Positions 38,605 to 55,020 of a stretch of 64,000 bases of DNA are shown here, in pieces; within the stretch, counting starts at the first letter, position 1; each line of letters begins with the position of its first letter. The stretch covers positions 984,916 to 1,048,915 of the forward strand of contig CAJFCJ010000020.1 of assembly GCA_904063045.1 (NCBI GenBank), read 5' to 3'. This DNA comes from Dimorphilus gyrociliatus. Lineage: Eukaryota; Animalia; Annelida. The translations under genes were made by a program, and so were the position numbers. Below the pieces are notes generated by a model. The model was not told where the DNA came from, ran no database searches, and saw only the letters and a list, made by a program, of their open reading frames with translations.

Positions 38605-40562
38605 TTACGACTTCCTTCTGAAACACTTATTCATTCTCCTTAAGAGCTTTGAAAAAGGATTTTGTCTTCTAATTTTCGGTTTGCACATGCATTGTTGTTT
38701 TGGCGACGATATTGTAAAATCTATAATATCATCTTGAACAATACTTATTTCCTGATGAACCTATTTAAAGAATATCTATTAAGTATCGTCACTAAAAGAA
38801 CATTTCAAAAGTTTCTATTTGACTAGCAGACGAAATGGCTATAAATAAACAATATACTTACAATTGTGTCGGCGCATTTAGCCGCTGAATCGTCCTCTTC
38901 CGTAATTGATATCTTAACTCCACTCGATTCATTCGAACGAATTCTTTTGAAGAGTTCATCTTCGCGTAAAACATCTTGATGATAATAACTTTTTTCAATA
39001 ATATTTTTAGGTGAAGCCAAATTCGAAAGCTTCGACTCTATAACTGCTTCTGTAATTGGAGTATTTTTCTTTGATATAGAACATTCTGTTTCACTCTCCC
39101 CCGATTTAGCTTCAATGAATGCGTTTTCTACTATTTTAGTCAAACTACTTTCTAATGCATTCAAAGAAGACTTTTGACTTGATTCATCTTCCCAAACTGT
39201 TGTAGCCTTTGACTGCCTACCGTCCTGTTCATCATCCGCTACTACTTGTTGCTCTTCTATTATATCCTCCTGTTCTTCTTTAATTTCTTCTAATTTACTA
39301 ATGGTAAATGATCCATTTAAGCTCGGCGTTTTTTCTTCGTCAATGAGATATGTAAGGTATTTTTCAGGCGTGCGTGCAAGAGGCGATTCAGGTAATGTTT
39401 TCTTGCTAGCTTGTGCATGAGGTGGTGTTCTCACTAGTTCTTTCCCACGTAATTCACATCCAGCTTCAATAGGTGTTCCCTGAAATACGCGATCGTACAC
39501 TTCATAGTACATTAGTATTATCGATAAGAAACATTAAACAACATTTATCTACAATTTATTCATCATAGTTTTTGCTATAGTTATCGAAGGTGAGCAGTAA
39601 TCCTCAAAAAGTATTTAATCTTTTCCCTATCATGCTTTTACTTACATCCATTAGTTTTGTTGTGTAATAAAAGGGACTCTTGCTTGGTGTCATTAAAATC
39701 TTTCCATCGGTCAAAGAATTTATCGGTGTGTGAAAGCTAGCTGGATTCTCATTCTGGTACAACATTCAAAGCATGCTAATTAGCTCTATATTTTTGTTTT
39801 CTACCATTTTTATATTAATTTACCTTCTCTAAAGGTGTAAAACATTTAGATCTATCCAATCCTATTGATTCAGGACTGTTAAATATTTTTCTCCGTGAAA
39901 TATTGTTTTCCGCTTGGGGCGAAGTTGTCTATTTAAGAATTTCAAGATTACACGTTTCTCAGACGTTGAAGTGATTTATATCAAAGATTATACCTTTGCT
40001 GTCTTCTCGACATTCGTCATATTTGATAAGGCCTTTCGATATGCATTCGGCACGGGAGGCTTTCTTCGATTTTCATTGTTTTCACCCTGTAAATAGAACG
40101 GATTTAAGAAAATATTTACTTTCTAAATATCAACATATATACATACCTTCAATTTCGTTGGTGTTTTTTGATATCTTTTGTATATACTCTTTCCTTTTTT
40201 AATTTCAATAGTTTCTAAAATTCTTGAAACAATAACAATTGATTTTGGACAGCTACCCTTAAGTTCTTCTTCCTTCTTAACTAAATGTCCTAAGTACAAT
40301 TTTCGCATGTTTCTATGAAAAGTGCAAAAAGAATAATAAATAAAACCACTCAAAAATGAAAGTCTTTGTCAGACCTCAGCAAAATATGAAAGTTTCTTTT
40401 TGGATGGTCTTCTAGATTCCAATGCCACGAAGTTTCGTAGACAACAAAGAGATCATGGATAATCCTCAGAACGTCATCTTTACTTAGGTCAGAGAAGCTT
40501 TGATCTTTATTATCAATGCATCTTAAATCAAATAATTTCTTTAAAACTACGGATTCGTCCAT
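38605..40562 (-). CDS. Uncharacterised, largely disordered protein with D-box and many S/T-P sites (about 7 exons)
   Basis: Phase-compatible exons: MDESVVLKKLFDLRC..NFHILLR / NMRKLYLG..KTPTKLK / GENNENRRKPPVPNAYRKALSNMTNVEKTAK / TTSPQ..FTPLEK / NENPASFHTP..KLMD / GTPIEAG..CADTI / VHQEISIV..NPFSKLLRRMNKCFRRKS*. The first donor (GTCTGA) is weak. No family recognised. Confidence 0.75.
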
Positions 40563-40596
40563 TGTCGCTCTTTTTGTAAATCTGTAAACATCGCTG

Positions 40597-40605
40597 TGAT
40601 TGGTC
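40597..40605. promoter_or_regulatory. CCAAT box in the 170-bp divergent interval between the unknown gene and MED19
   Basis: TGATTGGTC (GACCAATCA) between two head-to-head start codons. Confidence 0.5.
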
Positions 40606-40732
40606 AACAGTTGACGAATGAGGAAGCGCATTGAGAGTGCAACTCTGGTTCGCGTCTACAACTCGGTAAATGCTCCAAATGTCTCTATCTGACTAGATAC
40701 CAGTTTTCGATAAATCGAAATTTTAAAAAAAA

Positions 40733-41516
40733 ATGGACCAAATATCTCCGAAAACATCTCCAGCTGTTCAAAAACCTGATTCCACTGGAACATTAAAAAC
40801 TAAGATATGCTTGCAACCAGGACGGGTTCCTTCCATTATTCGATCCTTTTATATGATGGGAGATTTACCAGGTTTCAATTGATTCTTTGAAATTCGACTA
40901 CTTAATTTTATGCGAGTTAATGTTTTTAGAATCTAGTAGTATTAATGGAGCATCAGATCTTATAGCTCACTACGGTTTGGAACATTCTTATAAAAAGTTG
41001 AGCGGTAAAAAGGTAAAGGAAAAATTAAGTAGTTTTTTACCTGACCTACCTGGAGATGTAAACATGCCGGGAAACCTTGATAATAGGTAAGCTATTACAA
41101 TAATTTAATTTCTAATAGTCTAATTTGTCCTTCTGTATAGCTCATTAAGAAGTATTATCGAAAAACCTCCAATAACTGGAAAAGAATTTAGACCACTTTC
41201 TGGAAGCCAACTTATAGGATTCAAGCTGCATCCAGGAAAAGTAATAGCTTATTGATTACGTCTGTTATTTCTCTTCAAATGACTAATGAATGTACCATTG
41301 ATTACTTAACAGCTCCCAGAAACATATAAGACTTTAGTATCAGGTTTGAGTAGTGTGAGTAATGAAAGAAAGAAAAGGCCTAAAGAAAGAGGTGGAGACT
41401 CAACCGGTGATGAAGATACTGAGAAGCGTGTAAAGAAAGAGAAGAAAGTTAAAGAAGAGAGTTTAAAGAAAAAGAAAAAGAAAAAAGATAAAAAGAAAAA
41501 AGATCGAAGTTTATGA
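40733..41516 (+). CDS. MED19: Mediator of RNA polymerase II transcription subunit 19, 4 exons
   Basis: FYMMGDLP-ESSSINGASDLIAHYGLEHSYKKLSGKKVKEKLSSFLPDLPG..DNSSLRSIIEKPP..LIGFKLHPGKLPE and a Lys-rich C-terminal tail; TGA 41514-41516. Confidence 0.96.
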
Positions 41517-41887
41517 TAAAGAAGTTCAAAACTAGTGAATTTATTCCTCAGTGTTGGTGCTAGAAATTTTGGCGGTTTCCATAAACTGCTCAATTATTTG
41601 TCTAAATTCATTTTTTTTTACATTTAAATAACTATCGTCATAAAATTTATGTGCAGGAAGAACCTTTGTTGTTACATAATTGCTTTAATTGTTGTTTTAT
41701 TGAAACTTCTGTAAATTATTCTTAAAAGATCATTCTTAAACGTAAACAAATAAATTTGTTTTTTTTTTAAACAAAATATTTTAACCAGATCATCTTCCAT
41801 TTCATAATAAAAAGAAATGCTGATAAATAGACTAAAATTGTATTTAGCTGTATAAGCAGCTGATCAATTTTCATCAAACGTATATTT

Positions 41888-42773
41888 CTAAATATCAATA
41901 AAATTCTTTAAATGTCTCCATATCATCCATCGTTTTTTAAGCTCAGTTTGAATGTAAGCATTTTTCTTTCTTTCTATAGTAAATATTATTAGTTTCCTCT
42001 TTTAATAATTGACGTTCTAACTTCTGTTTATGTTATGTTATTACCTAGATTTTTAAATCCGAGCTTAAGTTAGCTAGCCGCAACTTCTTTTGTTAATACT
42101 ATGGAAACACTTCTTAATGTTGCTAGAGAAAGATTTCTTTCTCTCGCTTTGTTTGATTTTTGGATTTTGTCGATCTTTGAAGACAAGATCTGAAAGATTT
42201 ATTGAAAAATTAATTTCTTTCGCAAATTACATTCTATTGAAAATTACTTTGTTGGAAGTTGGAATAATCTCTATTAATTCACCAGTTTTTCGAACTCTTC
42301 ATATAGATCATTATTCGTTTCGTCAGAGTTTAGTATAAAATAATTAGAGCTATTCTTCGTCTTTGAATTTTTCAAATTTCTCTTAACCTAGTTGAATCTT
42401 TTACAAAGAGAAAAAGTAATTTATCAACAGTAATTGGCCAAGTTTTCCAGAACAACTGGAATTAATTTTACCATTTTAGTATTATAATTACATCTTATAT
42501 TTTCTTACATTTTATACATTTTTCTTAGTGCCGTGTTCTTATTGAAGAAGAAATATTCATTTTAATTAATAACATTGATTTTTTTTTACTTTTATCAGTT
42601 TACCAGACGTGATTCCTGAATCATTCGTTTTAAAGGAACTCTTTTAAAGCGATTCTTCAATAATAAATTGGAAGTACTGTCTTTATTATTATTATTATCA
42701 TTATTATTTAAAATATGATTATATTTCTTACATTTGGTGAAATATGAACAAAAGACCAAAGAGATTCCTGCAT
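41888..42773 (-). CDS. Possible small basic hypothetical protein (~140 aa, ~5 exons)
   Basis: Short open exon-like blocks can be joined in phase 0: MQESLWSFVHISPN / NRFKRVPLKRMIQESRL / VKRNLKNS..EFEKL / ILSSKIDK..RSVSI / KLERQLLKRK..RWMIWRHLKNFIDI*. Several splice choices are weak and no homolog was recognised. Confidence 0.35.
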
Positions 42774-42939
42774 GCTTCTGTAATTTTGAGGCTCTTCAAC
42801 CCTAAAAATATAGTTTAAAACAATTTTCTACTATTTTCTTTTATGATGCTTTTAATTATCTTTCTTTAATTAATTTCTTCATACATTTACTATTTAGCTG
42901 TAATCAGTAATTATATCGTTTTCCAGTTTTTTAAAAATC

Positions 42940-42949
42940 TGCGCATGCG
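42940..42949. promoter_or_regulatory. NRF1-type motif TGCGCATGCG upstream of glycerol kinase
   Basis: Matches the GCGCATGCGC-type NRF1/EWG consensus ~270 bp before the GK ATG, in an otherwise very AT-rich interval. Confidence 0.55.
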
Positions 42950-43216
42950 TACAAGTTGATAAAACGGTGAATATGTACTCAGAACAGTTTTCAGATGGTG
43001 ACCTCTAGTTTATATTTGTTCTCTATAAAATTATTAATCCTCAGGCAAAATATTATAAATCTGAAGATGGAATTTGCAGACAGTGTTTAAAATAAGTTTC
43101 CTATACTTTAAAGTAGTTTAACGATTGTAGAGGGCGTTTTCTCCAAACAGAAAAAAAATACACATATATATTGCCATCTGTAGGACCTAGACTAACAGAT
43201 GAGCAGACGACTTAAA

Positions 43217-47799
<4,583 letters not shown>

Positions 47800-48278
47800 C
47801 ATTGATTTTTATGATTTTATTAATTTCTAGTAATAGAAAAGCCGAGAAAAAATGATTTAAAAAATGAATTTAATAATCCTATTTGAAAAAAATAAAAGAA
47901 AAATATTCAAATAAAGAGCAATAATGTTCATTTGGGAAAAAAAACTCAAAAAAACCCTGGAAAGTAGTCAAAAAAAGGTTTTGTCATCCGTTAAATCCCT
48001 AGTCGTCTCACGTAGATGAATATATCAACTATAAATCGCTTGAATTAACGTCCTTTTCTGAAGACTCCTTTCTTTACAGGAAAAAGACAAAAGAGAGACT
48101 TTGAAAGTATTTTCTTTAATTTGGAAGAAATTATCGTAAAAATTCTCGTCTTTTTTTTTCAATTAAGAAGGTCATTAATATTTTAACGCAATAATATGTA
48201 GGATGCTTGGTTAGGTATATAATTAAGATTTTAAGAAAACAAGAACGACAGAATGTTTACAGAAAAGAATCTAATCAA

Positions 48279-49462
48279 TTAATATCCTCCATAATACGGT
48301 GTACGGAAACGTTTAAAGAAAGGGACTCGGTCGTAGGAATCAGTATCCGCTCCGTAAATCGATTGTTTTCGGTAGAAAGCATTGGGCCTAAATAAGGAAC
48401 CGTAATAATCTTGATTTTTATCGTACTCGTAGTAACCTCCTCCGTAGTTAATAAACCTGAAAAACATAAAAATCCCTTATAAGTAAAAAAAAAAAAAATT
48501 CCAAACTAGATTTCTTTCATGTTGTCTCTTTTACAAAAATGTTTTGGTCACGCGATTTTTGATCCGTCCACTTCCCCTTGAGTTGATCATTGTTCAGCGA
48601 CTATTACCTTTAATTTAACCTTTATTTTTATCAATTTCTAGAGGCGGTAATTGTGTTTAATCAATTGGGAGGGGGAGGAGGAATGTATTTCTATTTCGGC
48701 TTTAAAATTACTACGAAAGAGTAATTTTCATTGGTCAATATGAATTGGAAAGTTAAAGGGAGAAAGAGAATATGAGTAGTAGTACAAAGAATTCTTTTCC
48801 CTCTAAATAAAGAGTCTAACCAAGAAACCGATTTAAAAAGAGTGTGAAAATGACAGCATAGATTGTATTTATCGTAAAGACGTTTATATATAACACTTAG
48901 ATTTATTTATATAAATGTATTTGTTTATAAAAGCTATTGTAAGTCTATTATAAACCCTTTATTTTATTGTTTCCCAAATAGAATGATACGAATTCTAATT
49001 ACCAGTTTAGGCTGTCATCTTAACATTTTATTTACATTACTAAGAAAACACTAAAAACAATTCAACAAAAGCATTTTTTTTTGTTTCTTTAAAAAAAAAT
49101 AATCATTTTTCAACAAATTAAAGAAAACCATAGTGGGTATCATGTATTCAGACATTTAAGATTCGTAGTCTATTTTCTAATTAAAATGCATAATATAATA
49201 TATCTAAATAATGTAAAAAGGAAAAAGAAAACATCACAACACTCCTATTAAACTATATGAAAGTAATGTAGAATTTAAAAGTTCAGTTTTATTAGATTTA
49301 TTTCTTTATAAATTATCTATTTAACTATCTTACAAAAAAAACAAACCAGTAAGAAAGTAATTAAAAGAGGGATATTTAATGTAACTTTTCAAGCACTTAC
49401 CTTGATTGCGTAAATACAACTGTCAAAACGAGTAGGATTATAATAACCGAAGTTTTAGACAT
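48279..49462 (-). CDS. Small secreted Tyr/Gly-rich peptide precursor (79 aa, 2 coding exons)
   Basis: Exon 1 49401-49462 MSKTSVIIILLVLTVVFTQS + AG|GTAAGT; exon 2 48279-48456 after TTTTTCAG, phase 2 match, giving R-FINYGGGYYEYDKNQDYYGSLFRPNAFY-RK-QSIYGADTDSYDRVPFF-KR-FRTPYYGGY*. Confidence 0.85.
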
Positions 49463-49577
49463 CGTCCAAAGTGACTGTGACAGTTTCGCGCCTTTGACTC
49501 GAAATGAAATAGACGCCTGTGTAGCCTGGTACCTGACTCTATCGTCCGCCTTCTCTCTCTCTTGTACTCGAACTTTT

Positions 49578-49586
49578 CTTTAAATA
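49578..49586 (-). promoter_or_regulatory. TATA-like box (TATTTAAAG) for the secreted peptide gene
   Basis: About 115 nt upstream of the ATG at 49462 on the same strand, ahead of a GC-richer leader. Confidence 0.4.
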
Positions 49587-50373
49587 CTTTTCTATTTCTT
49601 TTTATTAATTAATATAATTAGATGTCAAGTTGTTTATCATTTAATTAAGTACCAGGTTTACTTACGTCTTTAGCCTATTTCCTATTCCCTTTTTTATCGC
49701 TAAACAAACATTTTCTGTCGCCTACGTATCACACTCAGCAAAACTTCTAAGATGCAAAGGTATCATCGCCCTCTAGTGCCCATTATACTAACTAGTTAAT
49801 CAGGTCTTGTGTAAGCGGAGAGTCGGCTATCGAACATTAACCATCATGTGTAATTTATATTAATGAATAGAGAGACTGTTTAGATCCTAACGCATTACTT
49901 TTAACAATTTCAATAGAAAAGAAAATATAAATATATTTATATATATTAAAGTAAAAAGAGATGCCATTAGATGAAACTTTCTATCTAATTAAGGACATTT
50001 AATTGAACCTTTTAAATAAACTTTGATAAATTGAAAATAGTATATACGTGAGAATAACAGTTAATTTATTAAACAAAAACATACGGTAAAGCGTTAACGT
50101 TTATGGATTATGCACAGGTCAATTATTTTCGGTCGATTTCTATGTATACTGTGTCCAGGACAACCGAAACAATAAAAATATATGTGCGTACAGTCGAGGC
50201 GTCTACGGCGTTTTTTTTTGTTTATTATCTATATATTTAACCAGGCGTGCTTAATTTTCTAGCGCCACTCACAATCTGGCCGATGAATTGATTAGTATAG
50301 CTCTAAAACTAGAAAAAAAACTTCATTAGCACTTTTTTTTTTCGAACGATATCTGCTTTGGATTTTTGTACTA

Positions 50374-51463
50374 ATGGAACATAAAGTACTGACTATTAGC
50401 GTTCAGAAAAAAGATGAAACTAATAGTGGAATAGGAGGAGGAGGAGGAGGAGAAGGAGGAAAAGGAGGTTCAAGCATTCAAGAAAGAAGAATGAAAGGTA
50501 AATTCCATGGTATTGCTTTAAGAATTCTTGCCAAAGTTATGGCAGGAGAGAAGCTTGACGTAGAGGAAGAGAAGGAAGAAAAACGGAAGATAACTTCCTC
50601 GTCACAAGTACGTGTATTGTCTAGCTTCTTAATAAATTAATTATTATATAAAAGGGAGAATCTATCTTTAGAATAGGAAACGCGTCTGAGTACTTAATTT
50701 AAAGACTAAAATATAACTAATGTAATGTGTCAACAGATCTTATAAATAAGTACTTCTAAGTAGCATTTTTATAATTAAACGCATCGCTCTGCAAAACATT
50801 CAAGTTAATGTAGTATATTAATATAAAATTGCTATTCATTTATATAAGTATATATAGTATATAGCAGTAAACAGATATACAAATATATAAAAACTATAGA
50901 CAAGATAATTAAATATTTATTTGTTTTATTATGTTTTATATGAAAAAAACCTTTTTAAATTATAGAAAATTGAGAATATTTCACCGAAATCGCCAAAAAC
51001 TCCAAAAACACCTCTTACACCAAAACGAACTGAGTCCAGAAAACAATTATATAGACGTAAAGGCGTAGATTTTCGTAATGTTGTACGATTAGCAAGTATG
51101 AAACACTTCAATAGAGTTTTAGGTACAACAACAGAAAAAAATGAAGTACTTGAAGAGGATAGCCTGCCGAAGTTGCCTCCAAGACCTCGTTTTTCAGCCA
51201 CTTTATCACCGGAAGCTCAATTAGTTACTTTAATGTGTTATGAGGAGGCGATCAGTGAGAAATTATCAACAACTAATAATCAACCTAAGAATGAGAAAAG
51301 ATTATTAAATAAAAGATCAAGCATTGACGATCAGAGGAGACTTTTAGTCTCTTCAAGAGTAGAAAGAGCAATGAGTTTACTTGATATAGCTAAAAAAGAG
51401 GATACTAAAGTACTCAGACATTTTAAATCATGGACTTTGGCATGGAGTAAAGATTTCGAATAA
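50374..51463 (+). CDS. Uncharacterised protein, 2 exons (50374-50607, 50966-51463), 243 aa
   Basis: CAA|GTACGT donor and TTATAG| acceptor join in phase 0 (78 codons + 166 codons including the stop). Gly-rich N-terminus, SPKSPKTPKTPLTPKR cluster, and a structured-looking C-terminal block PRFSATLSPEAQLVTLMCYEE..RVERAMSLLD..FKSWTLAWSKDFE*. Confidence 0.75.
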
Positions 51464-53024
51464 AACTTTTCTCCCCATTTCCTTTCTCATTTAATATTAA
51501 AATACCTAAAAATTCTTTCTTATCGTTTTTTTTTAAATCAAAGATTTTACCTTTCACAGAAATCATTTAATAATTTATTGGTTTTAAATAAATAACAGTA
51601 ATGATAATAAGAGAGAAAAACTGCAAAGGGTTATAATCATAATTAAATTAAAACTCTTAATTATATTCATCCTAATCGACCGATTAGATAGGTGTTAGAA
51701 AATTATTAAAAATCACAGATACCCTTATTGCCCTTATTTGAATAGCAAAAGAAAAAAAAACACAGGATATTAATTTAATAAAGTAAAAACTTTTAGCTGA
51801 TACAAAAGTGATGATGAGATAAAAAGAAAATGCGCGTGTAAGTTAGAATTCATTTGCTTCTTCCATTTTTAGCTATCTATCAGTATTTCTTCTCTCTTTT
51901 CTTTTATTGTTCGTCCTTTTTTTTTCCTCTTGTACTATTTTTTTATTCCATGATGAATTCGAAAAACTGCGCCGTTTTAATCGATTTGAATGACTTCTAA
52001 GAAACGGAAGAGAGAAAGCTAAGCAGACTAGCAACGACGATCTTGCAGTACCACCTCAAGAATCTTTTCTATATTTTTTCTGTTGTCTATATTTTACCTT
52101 TTTTTCATACAAACTCCAGTAATTTTCATTTACAAAAATTCCTTTTTTCATACAGAACATTAGAAAATTTTCCTTAATGGCACCACAATAGAATTAAGAG
52201 CGATATTGTAAGAACAGTGTATTATGGAAAAGGCCAAATCTTTAAATACTTTAAATTAGATTAAAAAAATAAGAAAAAGTAATGAGGTTAATTACCTTAT
52301 TTTTAATTGTATTTTAAGAAAATTGAGATAATCTTCATATTTTTTAGAAAACGAGATCGATTGAAAGAAATTAAGAAGAAAAATCCTTGAAGAGTTCATT
52401 ATGTAAATTAGTTGTACAAAATCATTAATTTTCAACTTCTATTCTAATATTATGTAAAAATTACGTTAGATAAACAGTCTATTTGCATATTTAATGAAAA
52501 TGTGATAGGAAGAAATATTATCAAGCTTTTTTAAAATACTATCGGATGTATTTTATTAATGTGTCTACTATAACTCGACAGATGATAGTAGTTGTTGTGA
52601 GTATCTAGTTTGTTGACAATTGACCGTTGAAGGTTACTTTTCCAGAAACAGTCTCGTTTACTCTATCCAATTCAAAATCAAGTTTTATACTAATAAAACA
52701 GTAAATCTATTCTAGAACAAAAGGCTAAAAATATCGCAAACAATTAATGACCTTTTCTAGGTTCTTTTTTTTACGTCCACTACTTAGCCTATTACATAAT
52801 GCAAAGTATAACATGTTACAAAAAAACACACTATCGACATCTATTGGAAGTCCTATACTAGAATTAATATAATTATTATTCTAGACAGGTCAAACTAAAG
52901 TCCAGAGAGAATGTTGTGTCATGTTTTGTAAAGAATAATGTATAATAATCTTTAACAAATCTCCCAATGGCTTTTTCTAAATTATCATTAGTTTACCAAG
53001 AGAGAATAAAACATCAAAAGATAG

Positions 53025-54013
53025 ATCATTTTAGAAAAATTTTTTCTTCTTTTTTGTAACGGATATTGTAATTTCATGGTTTTAACAATTGTTGCAATTT
53101 TATCGATTACTTTACTTATTGTCCTTATCCTATTCTCTTTATTCAAAAGTGTCTGACTATTTATATAATCATATTCGTCTTTTTTTTTCAAATGTAACAA
53201 CTCTAGTAAACCAAATATATAGAGCTAATAAACAAAAAAACATACATTTTGATATAATAGACACAAAAAATCCCCAGTGAAAAAGTTACTTTTAAATTGA
53301 AGGAAGATTGATTTCCTTATGATCGATTCCATTGACTTATAATTTCGTAATAAATAATAAAAGAAAATTCAGTTGTTTTGAATAAAAATGAGATCATTCA
53401 TAGGATAATGTATTCAAATATTTTTTTACAACGATATACAACATTTACTTTTTATAATTGTATGTTTTCATGCTTTCTATTAATCAATTTTGAAGATTTT
53501 CAACACTATAACTGATCTGTTCAAGTAAAACAGATAGCTAAAGGTCATTTGGTTAATGTATTTTTATTTGGCTTTTTACTGTTTATAATCAATTCTGCAG
53601 TGGTGCTGATGTAAGTATTGTTAGGTGTACTTACTTACTCACGTTTCAAGGATTAGATATCAAACCGCAATACATGATCATTTTTGTGAATCCAATACAG
53701 CAAATAGTCTTTATGATTATACGAAAATTAGTATCATTGATAACGATATGCAGGTAAATTTTAATCCTTTTTTGCTTAATTGAAAAAAATTTAGCGTAGA
53801 TTGTTGGCCAAGTCGGTCAGATAATTAGTAATTGAACTTGCGGTACTGATTGCGATAATAAATTACTAAACACTCTAATTAAAATCAAATTTTTAATAAT
53901 TTTAAATAAAGTTTTCTTATGGATTTTTACTTTCAGAAATAAGGTCAACTGAAAAAATATATCTTCAACCTGACAAACTGTTGTACTTTGCCTCCCCTAA
54001 CAACCTTACATAA
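53025..54013 (+). CDS. Possible multi-exon membrane protein (partial model; 5' end not found)
   Basis: Joinable exons give two hydrophobic helices, LTIVAILSITLLIVLILFSLF and VNVFLFGFLLFIINSAVVLM, followed by IRYQTAIHDHFCESNTANSLYDYTKISIIDNDMQ; clean AT|GTAAGT, CAAG| and CAG|GTAAAT sites at 53.6-53.75 kb. Other junctions are uncertain. Confidence 0.4.
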
Positions 54014-55020
54014 GGTTGTTAAAAGTCATATTTATTTGTATTCATAATATATCGAACTATAGTTTAAAAGATAATTATATACTTGAAAGAGAATTAAGTT
54101 ACTATTTAACTAGTACTAATAATCGGCTATCCGGTACCCTTTTTTTTCACTCACATCCTAAATGAGATCCTCAATAAAGACTATTTCACATTTATTTATC
54201 TTAAACCCCTTCCCTATTTACATTTAAACTTTTGGAATATAGAATAATTGGAATTTTTCATTTCCCCTTTAAATTATTATTCAACTTAATTAAGAATAAA
54301 GTTGTATAAGGAAGGTTAATAATATCAAAAGGCTAAGAAATCTTCCATATGTACAGTATTTGTTTAAACCTTAAATTTTGCATGTACAGCATATTTAAAC
54401 AATACTATATATATATATATAAAGTATTTATGCATCAAATGGTATTGACGTGTCATCTATGTAAGTAGTGATTTCTGTTTGAAAACTGTAGAAAAGGAAT
54501 AGAAAAAAAAACAGACCATAGTTTCCATACTTTATAATTTATTACTCACATCCTAATTAAGTAATCTAAGTGTGAAAATTTTTTACATGATTAAGCTTGT
54601 TCAGATAGGAAAACAGAATAATATAGAAATATTGATTATTAATAATTGAAACTATATTAATATATATTAAAAAATATCAAATTGATACAGTATACTGTAA
54701 TTTTATAAGAGTTCTTTCTTTAACAACTTGATAGAATTTTATAGCAGAGTCAATGGTACTATCAATACACAGTCTATTCGATAATAGGAAGACAATGAGC
54801 TATTGTATTTATAAATATATATTCACAAGTACACATATATGAACACAATACATACGTATTAAAAATATCTACGAATATGTATAGCATATAGCAAAAAAAA
54901 ACACTCCTTACATGATCTTGTACTTGAGATAATTTCATCATTTTAGCTTATTACCTAAACTAAGCCTATAGTATTCTGTACAATTTTTGTTCATTATATA
55001 ACAACAATGATATAAACCAT

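Noticed and set aside
40563-40631. In-frame upstream ATG extending the unknown protein (MRFLIRQLL..)
   Set aside because: Overlaps the CCAAT-containing divergent promoter only ~100 bp from the MED19 ATG; the ATG at 40562 is the more likely start. Needs CAGE.
48282-48300. YGGY / YGGG resembling opioid YGGF motifs in the secreted peptide
   Set aside because: Not directly after a dibasic site and lacks F-M/L; better explained by Tyr/Gly-rich composition.
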